From positions 16,430,001 to 16,494,000 of the forward strand of contig OZ024760.1 in NCBI GenBank assembly GCA_964016885.1: 64,000 bases of DNA. Reading direction: 5' to 3'. Shown piece after piece: positions 11,894 through 24,707 of the stretch. How positions within the stretch are numbered: position 1 is the first letter of the stretch; each line of letters begins with the position of its first letter. The position numbers were made by a program, and so were the translations under genes. This DNA is from Eledone cirrhosa. Its lineage: Eukaryota. The notes below the pieces were generated by a model, which worked only from the letters and a program-made list of their open reading frames with translations, was not told the origin of the DNA and ran no database searches.

Positions 11894-12201
11894 ATCTCTT
11901 CCCGCTATTTCAAGCGTTAAACTAATATATTCCTTCCATGTACTGTGCCGTTTGTTTTGTTATTTCTGTTTACCTTTTACACACACACCCATATTTGTAC
12001 ATATATATATATATATACATATGTATATATATATATATATACACATATATATATATATACATACATATCTTCCTCTATATCCATTCTGCTTCTTCTGATG
12101 CATAGAGTACTTCCCTGATTTGTGGTCTGCCTGGTCTCAGCATTGCAGACTATATATATAGTTCATGCTAGCGTGGAAAAATGGACGTAAAACGATGATG
12201 A

Positions 12202-12249
<48 letters not shown>

Positions 12250-12859
12250 TACAGTACAAATTTGGTATAAATTATCCAAGAGTTTAGAACACTTGGTCCA
12301 TAGGACTTAGTTACAATAGTGACATGAACAGGTACTTCAGTTTTGTTGGGTTGTTAACCCCAACTCATTCAGCCTGCCATAAATTTCATTTTCATTTTAT
12401 GACAGGCTGAATGTATGATGTATGTGACGAGAGAGCTCAATATTAGAGAATTTACAGTACAAAATCATTTTATAGGAGTGTAATAGTTTCTTTGTGATGG
12501 TGAATTAGCAGATCCACAGGAACATCAGATAAAATACTTTATAGTATTTGGTCTATCTCTCTCTCTGTGCTCCAAGATCAAATTCTGCTGAGGGCAACTT
12601 TGCTTTTCATCCTTTTAAGGTTGATACATAAAGTACTAGTTAACTACTGGTGTTGAGTCTTCCTCTATATTTCTTTCATTTCCTTTCTGTCATTCTCTAC
12701 CTATGTTTCTTTTGAAGAAATCGGCTGAGTTCAGACCTGAAGAATGACGGGTTCTGCTAGGTTTAAAATGTCTAAGAAATGCTGTATGTTACTATGGCAT
12801 CTCTATGATTCCACCAGGAGTTATGGGTACATACATACAACAGTTTCTTCCCACATTAA

Positions 12860-13077
12860 CCCTTTAACATTTGCATTACCCTATATATACTATTATTATG
12901 TTTTCATGGTAAATACTTTACCTTACATAATTATCTCACATAATATCAAATCTATGAGATTTCGGTATTTATTTTGAGGATAATACTTTATCAGTATGAG
13001 TGGCTAGTTACAGCTGGTTTCAACAGAAAGAGGTAAGAGAATTTTGACCAAACACAGCTGGTTTAAACGCTAAAGGG
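12860..13077. mobile_element. piggyBac-type MITE
   Basis: TTAA-CCCTTT...AAAGGG-TTAA. Confidence 0.8.
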
Positions 13078-13254
13078 TTAAAGCCATTACCTACTGATAA
13101 GAAAGACTCTAAGAGTCCAAATACTGGCTTTGGGGTACAATCAGAGACAGGACAGGTTGGATAACCTTGTTTTGTTCATACATTGCATATTTTAGCATAA
13201 ATTCTACAGCTGGATGTCCTCCCTAGTGCCAACCACTTCACAGAATGTGATGGA

Positions 13255-13550
13255 TGCATTTTATCATGCCACCAGCACTACTACATTACAAAGTATACTG
13301 AGTGCATTTTATTGTGACACCAGCACTACCACTTTACAGAGTGGGCTGGGTGCATTCTATTGTGGCATCAGCATACCACTTTACAGAGTGGGCTGGGTGC
13401 ATTTTATTGTGGAACCAGCACTACCCCTTTACAGAGTATGATGGATGTATTTTATTGTGGAACCAGCACTACCACTTTACAGAGTGGGCTGGGTGCATTT
13501 TATTGTGAAACCAGTAGTACCCTTTTACAGAGTGTGATGGATGGATTTTA
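13255..13550. repeat. ~48-bp SINE-derived minisatellite
   Basis: Units GCATTTTATTGTGGAACCAGCACTACCACTTTACAGAGTGGGCTGGGT. Same family as 32590-34205. Confidence 0.8.
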
Positions 13551-13894
13551 TAAATGACAACAAAAATAGCAGCAAATATTTGAAAGCTGAACAGACACTG
13601 TAATAGGTTTGGTTAATACAGAGAGAGAGAGAGAAAGACAGGGTGGAACAGAATGAGAGAGAGAGAGAGAGACAGGGTGAGACAGAGTGGGGCAGAATGA
13701 GAGAAAGATAGAGAAAGAAAGAGAATGATAGAAAGAGAGAGAAAGATAAATAGAGATTAGTAAATACTTTACATAAAACTGTCTTATCTCCATTTTATAT
13801 CTAAAAAGGAATTTATATGGAATTTATTATTTTGAGGAGTTGTTTTGTTGAAGGTTGAGTGTCATTGTCTATGAGGATTCCAGTCCCTTCCTCC

Positions 13895-14640
13895 CTCACA
13901 GTCCAGAGAGGTCAGTCTTTGTCAATAGCCATTCCTGGATCTTTTCCTCCCTCTCTCACAGTCCAGAAGTCAGTGTCTATCGCTATTCCTGGATCTCTCC
14001 CTCCCCCCTGTCCAGAGAGAGGTCAGTGTGTGTCAATAGCCATTCAAGACTCTCTCCCACCCTGTCCAGAGAGGTCAGTGTGTGTCAATAGCCATTCAAG
14101 ACTCTCTCTCCCACCCTGTCCAGAGAGGTCAGTGTGTGTCAATAGCCATTCAAGACTCTCTCTCCCACCCTGTCCAGAGAGGTCAGTGTGTGTCAATAGC
14201 CATTTAAGACTCTCTCTATCACCCTGTCCAGAGAGGTCAGTTTGTGTCAATAGCCATTTAAGACTCTCTCTCTCCCACCCTGTCCAGAGAGGTCAGTGTG
14301 TGTCAATAGCCATTTAAGACCCTCTCTCTCACCCTGTCCAGAGAGAGGTCAGTCTCTGCCAACAGCCATTCAAGACCCTCTATCCCACCCTGTCCAGAGA
14401 GAGAGGTCAGTCTGTCAATAGTCATTACCAGACTCTCCCTATCTATCCAGAGAGGCCAGTTTGTATTAACACCCATTCACAGACCCTTCTTCCCTGTCCA
14501 GAGAGGTCAGTCTGTATTAACAAGCACGCCTAGACCCTGTCCCCCTGTCCAGAGAGGTCAGTCCATATCAATAGCCATTCCTAAACCCTCCCCCCTGTCC
14601 AGAAGGGCAGTCCATGTCAATAGCCATTCCCAGACACCCC
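13895..14640. repeat. ~52-54-bp minisatellite
   Basis: CCTGTCCAGAGAGGTCAGTGTGTGTCAATAGCCATTCAAGACTCTCTC repeated about 13 times, degenerate at the edges. Confidence 0.9.
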
Positions 14641-14945
14641 TTCTCGCTACCAAGGTTTATTCCTAACATGGATTACAACTAGTTATCATCAAAGCCAACA
14701 GTTTTCTGATATTCCACACTTGCTTTCACTCAATAATTGAGGTAGCACAGAATATCTACTCCTAATGTGAAGGCATGTGGCCTAAGATTTAGGGGATGTT
14801 GGACTCACGATCATAAGGTATGGTTTTGATTGCTGGACCTCATGGTGTGTTGTGTCCTTGAGAGTAAAATACTTCAATTCAAGTTGCTCAAACTATCCAG
14901 GATTTGCGACGACAAGCAGACAATATCAGCAATGGAATCATTTAA

Positions 14946-15139
14946 CCCTTTAACATTTAAACTGGCCATCTCCACTCACCTCTTTCTGTTCAAACCGGCT
15001 GTAGCTGGCCATTCATACTGATGTTAAGGTATTTTTCTCAAAATAAATATCAAAATCTCATAGATTCGATATTATGTGAGGTAAAGACTTGACTGTGAAA
15101 ATATAATAGTAAATATAGAGTAATGTAAATACTAAAGGG
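14946..15139. mobile_element. piggyBac-type MITE
   Basis: TTAA-CCCTTT...AAAGGG-TTAA. Confidence 0.8.
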
Positions 15140-15734
15140 TTAAGGTATTGTATATTTGTTGCAGGTCTGTACTTTCTGAGTTCAAATCCTGCTGAGTTTC
15201 ACTTTACCTCTTTTATCCTTTCAGGGCCGATATAGAAAGTACCAGCTTACTGCTGGTGCAGCCCCTTCTTTTTCCTTCCAGCTGTCACTGCCTTAATGTT
15301 TCACTGGATTGAAGGTCAGGCGAAAGGGTGTCAGTGTGTGCTCACAGCTGCACAGACACCTAAAACCTCCTAGTGAAAGCATGGTATACACTACCAAGTC
15401 ACAACGATGATGATGATAGAGTGAGATAGATAGTGAGGAGGAGGAGACAGCACGTCCATGGATCAGAGGTTGGATTGTGTTTGTGAAAGATTTCATGCTT
15501 ATCAGCTGGATGGCCTTTTGTGGATAGGAAGGCCATGGGAACGATGACTAACACCAGAACTAACCATTAAAAAATATACACACCATGTGAGTATATTTTT
15601 GTATATATCGGTGTGATATATATATATATATATATAATTGTTTCTACTTTTGGCACAAGGCCAGCAATTACCCAGTGTATTACTGGTACTTTATTTTATA
15701 ATATAAGATCTAAAGATGGTTAAAAGAGTTCCAA

Positions 15735-15800
15735 GTATTTTATTATGCGCATTTCAAAAACAAATATCATCCTGGGATGATATCTGCGTTTTCATCAGAT
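15735..15800 (-). ncRNA. Hammerhead core inside a fold-back palindrome
   Basis: Minus strand: CTGATGA (15798-15792), ~16-bp stem II, GAAA, palindromic stem III ATGCGCAT, AUA triplet. Only 2 bp of stem I remain because the inverted arm replaces its 5' strand. Confidence 0.55.
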
Positions 15801-15976
15801 TTGAAATGCGCATAATAAAATACTTGGAACTCTTTTAACCATCTTTTGATCTTATATTATTTATACTCCAGTCCTACAAACTGTAGAGTGCTTCTTATCC
15901 GATATTTGCATTGCTTTATTGTGCTACAATAAAACTCACCTCCTACATATATATATATATATATATACATATATAC

Positions 15977-16008
<32 letters not shown>

Positions 16009-16009
16009 C

Positions 16010-16191
16010 AGATTGGAGGTGGTAGAAACCAGTTAGACTATTACTCACCAGAGTACTCAATACTTGGGGTAGTAGAGTGTGGTAATATGAAAAAATTCAG
16101 GACCCCGACGGCTGAGCTCCATCCGTTTCAACAGCTAGTTCGGATCTAGCTGCTGAAACGGCTGAAGCTCTGCTGTCGGGGTCCTGAATTT

Positions 16192-16199
<8 letters not shown>
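16010..16199 (-). mobile_element. (TA)n-associated hairpin element family
   Basis: ~55-bp inverted arms (16085-16199) plus a ~80-bp tail containing GAGTACTC. Related copies at 58869-59082, 21770-21870 and 46950-47030, all abutting TA-rich microsatellite. Confidence 0.65.
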
Positions 16200-16236
<37 letters not shown>

Positions 16237-16264
16237 TTGTATATGTCGATATGATATCATCATT

Positions 16265-16617
16265 TCATCATCATCATCATCATTTCATTTTACGTCCACT
16301 TTTTCCCTGCTTGCAAGGGTGGGACGGGAACTGATTCTGGCTTGATTTCTACAGCTGGATGCCCTTCCTAACACCAACTTCATCTACAGTGAGTGCTGGG
16401 TGCTTTTTTGCCGTGGCACCTCCACGACCACTTTGCAGTGGAATGATAGGGACTGGGGTCCCTATCATTCCACTCATTTCTACAGCTGAGTAAACTGGAG
16501 CAATGTGAAATAAAGTGTCTTGCTCAAGGAAACAACACATCACCCGGTCTGAGAATTGAACTCACAACCTTTCGATTGCAAGGCCAATGCTCTAACCACT
16601 AAGCCATGTGCCTCCAT
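16265..16617 (-). mobile_element. tRNA-derived SINE family B, full-length
   Basis: Head GGAGGCACATGGCTTAGTGG, B-box GAGTTCAATTC, body CTTGAGCAAGACACTTTATTTCACATTG, (TGA)n tail. Copies at 9950-10210, 35950-36285 and 52040-52388. Confidence 0.85.
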
Positions 16618-17039
16618 GTATATACATCAGGCAGGGCAAGATGCCCTCCCATCTACATACTAATTAGTTTGCCATAAACCAGGTTAATTTCACAACAACT
16701 GTACATTTGTATACATATTATACGTGGATTGGCAGTATCGGTAGGGGGTCAGACACCATGCTTTGCAGCATAGAGTTATGGCCCTTTATGGTCTGAGTTT
16801 AGATCCCACAGAGGTTAACTTTGCCTTTTATCCTTACGGGGTCGATAAAATAAAGTACCAGTAACACGCTGCAATAATTGCTGGCCTTGTGTTAAAAGTA
16901 GAAACAATTATATATATCTGGCCCCATGGAAAAGACATTCACACCACCATAACCTCCACCACCACTTCTATGTAACTGAACCTAATCAATGAAAACAATG
17001 TGAAACCTTGTTTTGTTCATAATATATATATAGTCCACC

Positions 17040-17600
17040 ATGTAAGGTAGTCATATTGGTGTTACAAGAAAAAGCACCCAGTTAACCCTGTAATGCAGTC
17101 ATGCTGGTGTCATGACAAAAAGCACCCAGTTAACCCTGTAATGCAGTCATGCTGGTGTCACGACAAAAAGCACCCAGTTAACCCTGTAAGGCAGTCATGC
17201 TGGTGTCATGACAAAAAACACCCAGTTAACCCTGTAAGGCAACCATGCTGGTGTCATGACAAAAAACACCCAGTTAACCCTGTAATGCAGTCATGCTGGT
17301 GTCATGACAAAAAGCACCCAGTTAACCCTGTAAGGCAGTCATGCTGGTGTCATGACAAAAAGCACCCAGTTAACCCTGTAAGGCAGTCATGCTGGTGTCA
17401 TGACAAAAAGCACCCAGTTAACCCTGTAAGGCAGTCATACTGGTGTCATGACAAAAAGCACCCAGTTAACCCTGTAAGGCAGTCATGCTGGTGTCATGAC
17501 AAAAAGCACCCAGTTAACCCTGTAAGGTGGTTGGCATTAGGAAGGGCCTTGAGTCCCAAAGCAAATGTATGAGCAAGATGTGACAGCCATCTAACCCAGG
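17040..17600. repeat. 48-bp minisatellite (~10 units) running into a SINE tail
   Basis: Unit GTCATGCTGGTGTCATGACAAAAAGCACCCAGTTAACCCTGTAAGGCA. Reverse-complement relative of the 32590-34205 unit. Confidence 0.9.
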
Positions 17601-18584
17601 CAAGCATGGGAAATAAGATTTTAAACAGCAATGATGATTATATATAAATTTATATATATATATACATACACACGTGTTTTCTCCACCCTCTCATCACCTT
17701 GACAAACCCCATCACACCTGTTTTTCACATCCATAGAATTCTTCACCACCACTCTTCCCACACCAAACCTATCACCCCCATCACTTGTCACCTATGATAT
17801 ACCTATCACCCTTCTTACCTTCTCCATCCTATTCCCACCCTAAAACCTCCATAGGATAACAATGGCCCATCAACCATGTCTATGATTGTGCTGGTGCTAC
17901 GAAAAATGCACTTAGTACATCTTGTAAGGTGCTTAGTGATAGGAAGGTCATCCAGCTGTAGAAGCCATGCTGATAAAGGGCCAAGAGGATTTTCCAGTTG
18001 AGTCAAGGGCACAACAACCTCAGTGGTGTTGGTGGTCTATGCGATAAACACACCCAGTAGACTCTGTAAAGTGGTAGGTCATAGGAAAAGCATTCAGCTA
18101 TAGAAACCATTCTGATAAAGGGCCAAGAAGATTCTCTAGTTGAGTCAAGGGCACAACAACCTCACATAGTGTTGGTGGTCTACGCGATAAACACACCCAG
18201 CAGGCTCTGTAAAGTGGTAGGTGATAGGAAAAGCATCCGGAGGTAGAAAATCTGTCAAATAAAGGCTCAGGCGAACTCTTTAGCAGTGTCAAAGACATGA
18301 CAACTTCCCTAGTACCGGTGCCACGATAAAATCTATTCGGCAGAGTGCCGGAACGGTATATAAGCGAGATGCAGGTCACTGACTTATCCGAGAGGTCAGT
18401 ATCTCCGTTTGTGCGACGATTCGTCCAGCTCTTGCTATCAGGGAAAACGGACGTTATGTAATAATATGTGAACCAAATAAGACTGTATTTTTGCATCCCT
18501 GTTTGTTTTGTTTTATTTGTTCAAATATATACATACATACACACACACACACATATATATATATACACACACACTCACACACAT

Positions 18585-18622
<38 letters not shown>

Positions 18623-18888
18623 AAAACGAAAATGTCTATCTCTATGCAAGCGGTGCATTTCCAGTTTCCATCCGATTTTGTTCAAATTTGATACATAGGT
18701 TATTTAGTTTCCGTAGCATGGCATGTCAACATACACTTTAAATCTTGCCCCCCCCCCCCCCCACACCTAAATAGCTGAGTTCTGGGGTTATTTAAAGGCA
18801 GCCACATTGAAATTGAAGAGAGGGGCTGGGGGTCTTTATTTACAGTGGCAAAAGGTGTGCCCGCAACGACGGGTTCTTTTGCTAGTGT

Positions 18889-18960
<72 letters not shown>

Positions 18961-19550
18961 CAGAGAAAGTGTGTGCGTAGGATAAACAGAAGCATATATG
19001 TAGGTAGGTTTGACGAATCCTTGTCAAACCAGCTGGACACCTGAATAACATTTGTCGCAGTTAAATCAGGTCTTTGATCCAACCAACCCTTCGAGGTTTA
19101 CCAAAAACCCACCAGCTCTACCGCAAATATCATCATCGCCAGCTGGCTAAACAAATCTATTCACACCATTATATCTGCATTAGTAATAGTGATGATAATG
19201 ATGATGGTGATGGTGATGGTCACCATCATCACCACCACCACCATCTTGTAGGAATTTAAATAACGTACAGAATGTATGTAGGTATGTATGCAGGCATGTA
19301 TGTATACGAGATGTGTGTGTGTGTGTGTGTGTGTATAGATATATAAATATTTGTGTGTATGAAGTGTAACTACAGGTACCAATATATGGATGTAGACAAT
19401 ATTTTTTATATATATTTCTAGAGTACTTTAAAAAGCCTTTCACATACGAAGTATTTTCTTAGATCTTCTCCTCCCCCAGCATATGTGTATGTATACACAC
19501 ACATTAATAGTTAAAACACACATCCTTCTTATCCATTGATATCAAAATAC

Positions 19551-19584
<34 letters not shown>

Positions 19585-19928
19585 ACACACACATTTCTGA
19601 TAGACACAGGGTGGGACGCGACTGCAGACATTGTATGTTGGTTAATTAAGACTAAAAAAAGGGAAGGAAAAAAAATGTGTGCTTTAATTATGACTAAATT
19701 CATGTGTATGTGAATTAATTAAAATATAACCAATGTCTTTATATATATATATACACACACACACTCTATAGAAGTGTGTGCGTGTGAGTTAATTAACACT
19801 GAAGCAGTGGGTGAAGTGGGGGTTAGCAAATATTACAACATACTAAACCTAAGATGGAGATTTTGAAACCAGTTAAACAACTGATACAGGCCTTCACATA
19901 CACCCATAGATGCTCTCTATCTCTCTCT

Positions 19929-19981
<53 letters not shown>

Positions 19982-20064
19982 ACATTCGTACACATAAAGA
20001 GTGAGTGTTTAAGATAGATACACAACAAAATATATACACAATTAATTGAATTGGATTGTATATA

Positions 20065-20120
<56 letters not shown>

Positions 20121-20136
20121 AACCAGTGTGTGTGTG

Positions 20137-20187
<51 letters not shown>

Positions 20188-20575
20188 TACATACATACAC
20201 ATACACACACTGGTTTCAATCACCAGGCTATGGTTATGCTGGGGCACCGCATTGAAGGGATATATTCAATCAAACGTATCGATCCAAATACTTATTTTAT
20301 CGATCTTCTTTTGTCGAACCGCTACTTTACGAGACCTAACCAACATACACCACCTTTGCTTTGCCCTCAGAGTACGTGATTCTAATTAAAAGCCATCCTG
20401 CCGTCCCCCGCAAAAAGGATAAACGAACAGAATCTACGCCATGAATTATCTAGAGGCAATTTGAAAAAAGTACTCCAGCGTTACATCTTATACCTGTGTG
20501 GTAGACATAGAAGAGGCTTGGGAAGAAATCGAGAATATTCCGTACTAACAGATATGGAAAATACCCTCACAACCG

Positions 20576-20637
<62 letters not shown>

Positions 20638-20690
20638 TCTTTAACATCAGGTGTATACATATATATACACACACTTTCACAATTATATAA

Positions 20691-20729
<39 letters not shown>

Positions 20730-20887
20730 TACATATATGATTGTGAAAGTATATACATATTTATTAGAATGCTGTTGAAGTGTGTATACATTTTTTGGGG
20801 GACACTCTGTATATATTTTATACACACACGCACCTTCACAAGCAAACAGGGAGAAGCGGATGTAAAATGATGATTATGATCGTGAAA

Positions 20888-20921
<34 letters not shown>

Positions 20922-21513
20922 TCACCTTTACAATCATATATATGATTGTGCAAGTGTATACATATATATTTCCCGGAATAAGACTCAGCCGATTTTATAA
21001 GTACCTATACAGTTCAACCATATTTTTCTGTAAGGGAAAATACTAAATTACTAAATTTAAAATTTAGTTTTTATCCAAGTCACATCCTAAACTAGATCCC
21101 CAATAATTATATTAAGATATTTAACACGGCCTGTTATTACGCCGAGGTTAACTTTGCCTTTCATCCTTACGGGGTCGATAAAATAAAGTACCAGTAACGT
21201 ACTGGGGTCGATTGCTGGCCTTGTGCTAAAAGTAGAAACAATTATTATTATTTTTTAAAATCCCAGTTAGGTTTATTTAACTAAATAGCAGAAAGCAACT
21301 AATACAAGTTGATTAATTATTTATAATTAGGGCAAGAGGACCAAATAAAAAATAATGCACATTTTTAAACACTTTTTTTTTCAGTCAAATCTTTTTCAAT
21401 ATGGTAATTCTGCTATTGGAAGATTCTGTGATTCTTTGATTACCATTTCTCTTGGTGCTACAAACACGTGTTTATATTGTTTAATTGTTAATTCAATATT
21501 GTATGTATATATG

Positions 21514-21547
<34 letters not shown>

Positions 21548-21676
21548 ACTCGCAGTGTTTTGAGAGGTAGCTGTGATATAATACCCAGGAGACTGTATGT
21601 TTATCATATATAAATATATTATTTATTGGTTTATACGCACATATATATATACATATATATTCCAATATGTATATAG

Positions 21677-21709
<33 letters not shown>

Positions 21710-22026
21710 AGTATACCTATTTCTTTCTATATATATACAGAGGGCGTATATAGATAGATGTGTGTGTTAGTCGGGGGTCATACTTTTTCCTATTACCCAC
21801 TCTACTACTCTAAGTATTGAGTACTCTAGTGCGTTATGGTCCATCTGGTTTCTTACCACAACTCCTTCGTTATATATATATATTATATATATATATATAT
21901 ATATACATAGATAGATAAGTAAATATGTGTGAGTGTAAATATATATATATAGGTAGATATATATGTGAGTGTAAAATATATATAGGTAGATATATATATA
22001 TTTTTTTTTTACACTCATATCTATCT

Positions 22027-22029
<3 letters not shown>

Positions 22030-22078
<49 letters not shown>

Positions 22079-22836
22079 AGATAGATATGAGTGTTGTGTG
22101 TGTGTAGATAGATGTGAGTGTAAAATATAAATAGGTAGATATATATATATATATATATGTGTAGATAGATGTGAGTGTAAAATATATATAGGTAGATATA
22201 ACCAAGGAAAATATAGGTAGACATATATATATGTGTGTGTGTGTGTAGATAGATAGTGTAAACATATATATAGGTAGATATATATATATATATGTGTGTG
22301 TGTGTAGATAGATAGTGTAAACATATATATAGGTAGATATATATATATATATGTGTGTGTGTGTGTAGATAGATAGTGTAAACATATATATAGGTAGATA
22401 TATATATATATATGTGTGTGTGTGTAGATAGATAGTGTAAACATATATATAGGTAGACATATATATATATATGTGTGTGTGTGTGTAGATAGATAGTGTA
22501 AACATATATATAGGTAGATATATATATATATATGTGTGTGTGTGTGTAGATAGATAGTGTAAACATATATATAGGTAGACATATATATATATATATGTGT
22601 GTGTGTGTAGATAGATAGTGTAAAATATATATAGGTAGATATATATATATATGTGTGTGTGTGTGTAGATAGATAGTGTAAACATATATATAGGTAGATA
22701 TATATATATATATATATATGTATATATGTGTGTGTGTGTAGATAGATAGTGTAAACATATATATAGGTAGATATATATAGATATATATATTTATGTGTGT
22801 GTGTGTGTAGATAGATAGTGTAAACATATATATAGG

Positions 22837-22880
<44 letters not shown>

Positions 22881-22911
22881 AGATAGATAGTGTAAACATA
22901 TATATAGGTAG

Positions 22912-22947
<36 letters not shown>

Positions 22948-23055
22948 AGATAGATAGTGTAAACATATATATAGGTAGACATATATATATATATATGTGT
23001 GTGTGTGTAGATAGATAGTGTAAACATATATATAGGTATGTGTGTGTGTGTGTGT
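22030..23055. repeat. ~60-bp compound (TA)(TG)(GATA) tandem repeat
   Basis: Unit ATAGGTAGA(TA)n(TG)nTAGATAGATAGTGTAAACAT repeated about 14 times, at the start of the BAG3-like intron. Confidence 0.95.
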
Positions 23056-23088
23056 AAAAATATGAAAAATTAAAGTATTCTCACTCAC

Positions 23089-23367
23089 CGATTGCGTTAA
23101 TAACCTGGGATCCTGCCAAGTTGTTTGTTTTGTGTTATGGTCAATGTAATAAGGCCAACCAGTACTGGGGTCTATTCTTCGTTCCCATCCTACGGGTAGT
23201 TCTCCAAGGGACGGGCCACCCGTCGCCGCCGCCGTGTCCGAGTTACCATTGTTGTTGTTGTTCGTGTTGTGATGAGGGTGTTGTTGATACTGTTGTTGTG
23301 GGTTGTTGTTATTGTTGTTGTGTAGTTGTTGCTGCTGTGCATGCGACATATGTCCCATCCCAGACAT
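23089..23367 (-). CDS. BAG3: First coding exon of a BAG3-like co-chaperone (N-terminal WW domain); remaining exons not confidently found
   Basis: [13 protein letters not shown]...[39 protein letters not shown]|GTGAGT. 93 codons, phase-0 donor. The IDPxTGWP WW signature matches BAG3, and heat-shock elements lie upstream. Confidence 0.7.
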
Positions 23368-24241
23368 ACTTCCTGCAATTACACACACACACAGCTGAGC
23401 TGCTGACTACGGCTTCTTTTTCTTCTTCTTCTTCTTCTTCCTCCTCTCCTCCCCTTCTTCCTCTCACTGCAGCCCCGCTTCCCTCTCTCTTTGATGATAA
23501 TACTAACACTACACCCTCTCTGCTTTTTCCTTCTTCTTTGCCTCTCTCTGTTGCACCTGGTACTCTGCCTCTTCCTCTCTTTTTTTTTTATCTATTACTG
23601 TCAATTCTCCTCTCACTGCACCTCCACTTTTCTCTGATAATAAATAACACACCTCTCTCTTTATCTATCTAGCACTACTCTTCCTCCTCCTCCCTCTATT
23701 ACACCTGCTACTCCGCCTCCGCTTGTTTAATGACGATGCTCCAAAACCTCTCTCTAATTACACTCCTCCTTTCTCTCTCTCTCCCTCTCTCTATCTATTA
23801 CTACTCCTACTTCTCTTCCTCCTCTCCCTGTTACACCCAGGGCTGCTGCTGCTGCTGTTGTTGCTGATGCTGGTAGGTGAGAACTTTCGGATGGAGATAA
23901 AAGTTTCTAAAAATTTAAATAATTAAAACAAATATTAAAAAAGTTATAACAACTGAAATTAAAAAAAAAATGTCAATCAAATTAAAATAAATTAAATTAA
24001 ATTAAATTTCTCTATGAAAATATTGAAAATATTTAAATCATAGATTTTTTTTTTTACAAATAAATTAGTTTTTTTTTTCTTTTTTAAAAGTAAATAAATA
24101 TTTTGAAAAATAAATTAAGTTTTTAGATAATATTTGTTTTCAAATTTCTCCATCCTGCACCAGCTACCCTCCTTAAGAAAGTAGATTTTCTCTCTATCTA
24201 CTTAAAATAAATTAAATAAATATATGAAACAAGGAAATAAC

Positions 24242-24256
24242 AGAATCTTCTAGAAA
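24242..24256. promoter_or_regulatory. Perfect 3-unit heat-shock element
   Basis: aGAAtcTTCtaGAAa, ~0.9 kb 5' of the BAG3-like ATG. Confidence 0.6.
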
Positions 24257-24673
24257 GACGATGCAAAATGGTAATTCCAAATAATCTTCAGAAAATTATT
24301 AAATAATTCCTATTTTCCGGGTAAGTTCGTTGCTGATAGTTTTTGTAGGGTTCTGTGTGTAAGTTGTTTATTTAAGAAGAAAGGTTACACAGGTTTACAC
24401 AGTATGTCTCCTCTATAGAGAGCCGGTGGGTTTTCTTTTACTGTAAATGGCCTGTAGGAATTTTTACTATGTCTGTCCCTTAAATAAAAGGTCACAGGTT
24501 TTTTAAATATATATATATATATTATATATACATATTATATATATATAGTATATGGAATTTACATAAAAAGAGGGTGTTTTTTTTGCAGTATGTGACCCTT
24601 AAATTATGTGGTTATACGGAATCAGTAGGGTTTCTGACCCTTAATACAGAGAGTCGGTGAGGGTTTCGTAACA

Positions 24674-24707
<34 letters not shown>

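Noticed and set aside
18300-18480. TATA- and CpG-containing segment as a solo LTR
   Set aside because: No TG...CA ends, TSD or second copy could be identified.
22021-23088. C-terminal 360 aa of the 455-aa WW ORF
   Set aside because: Read-through past a canonical GTGAGT donor into microsatellite.
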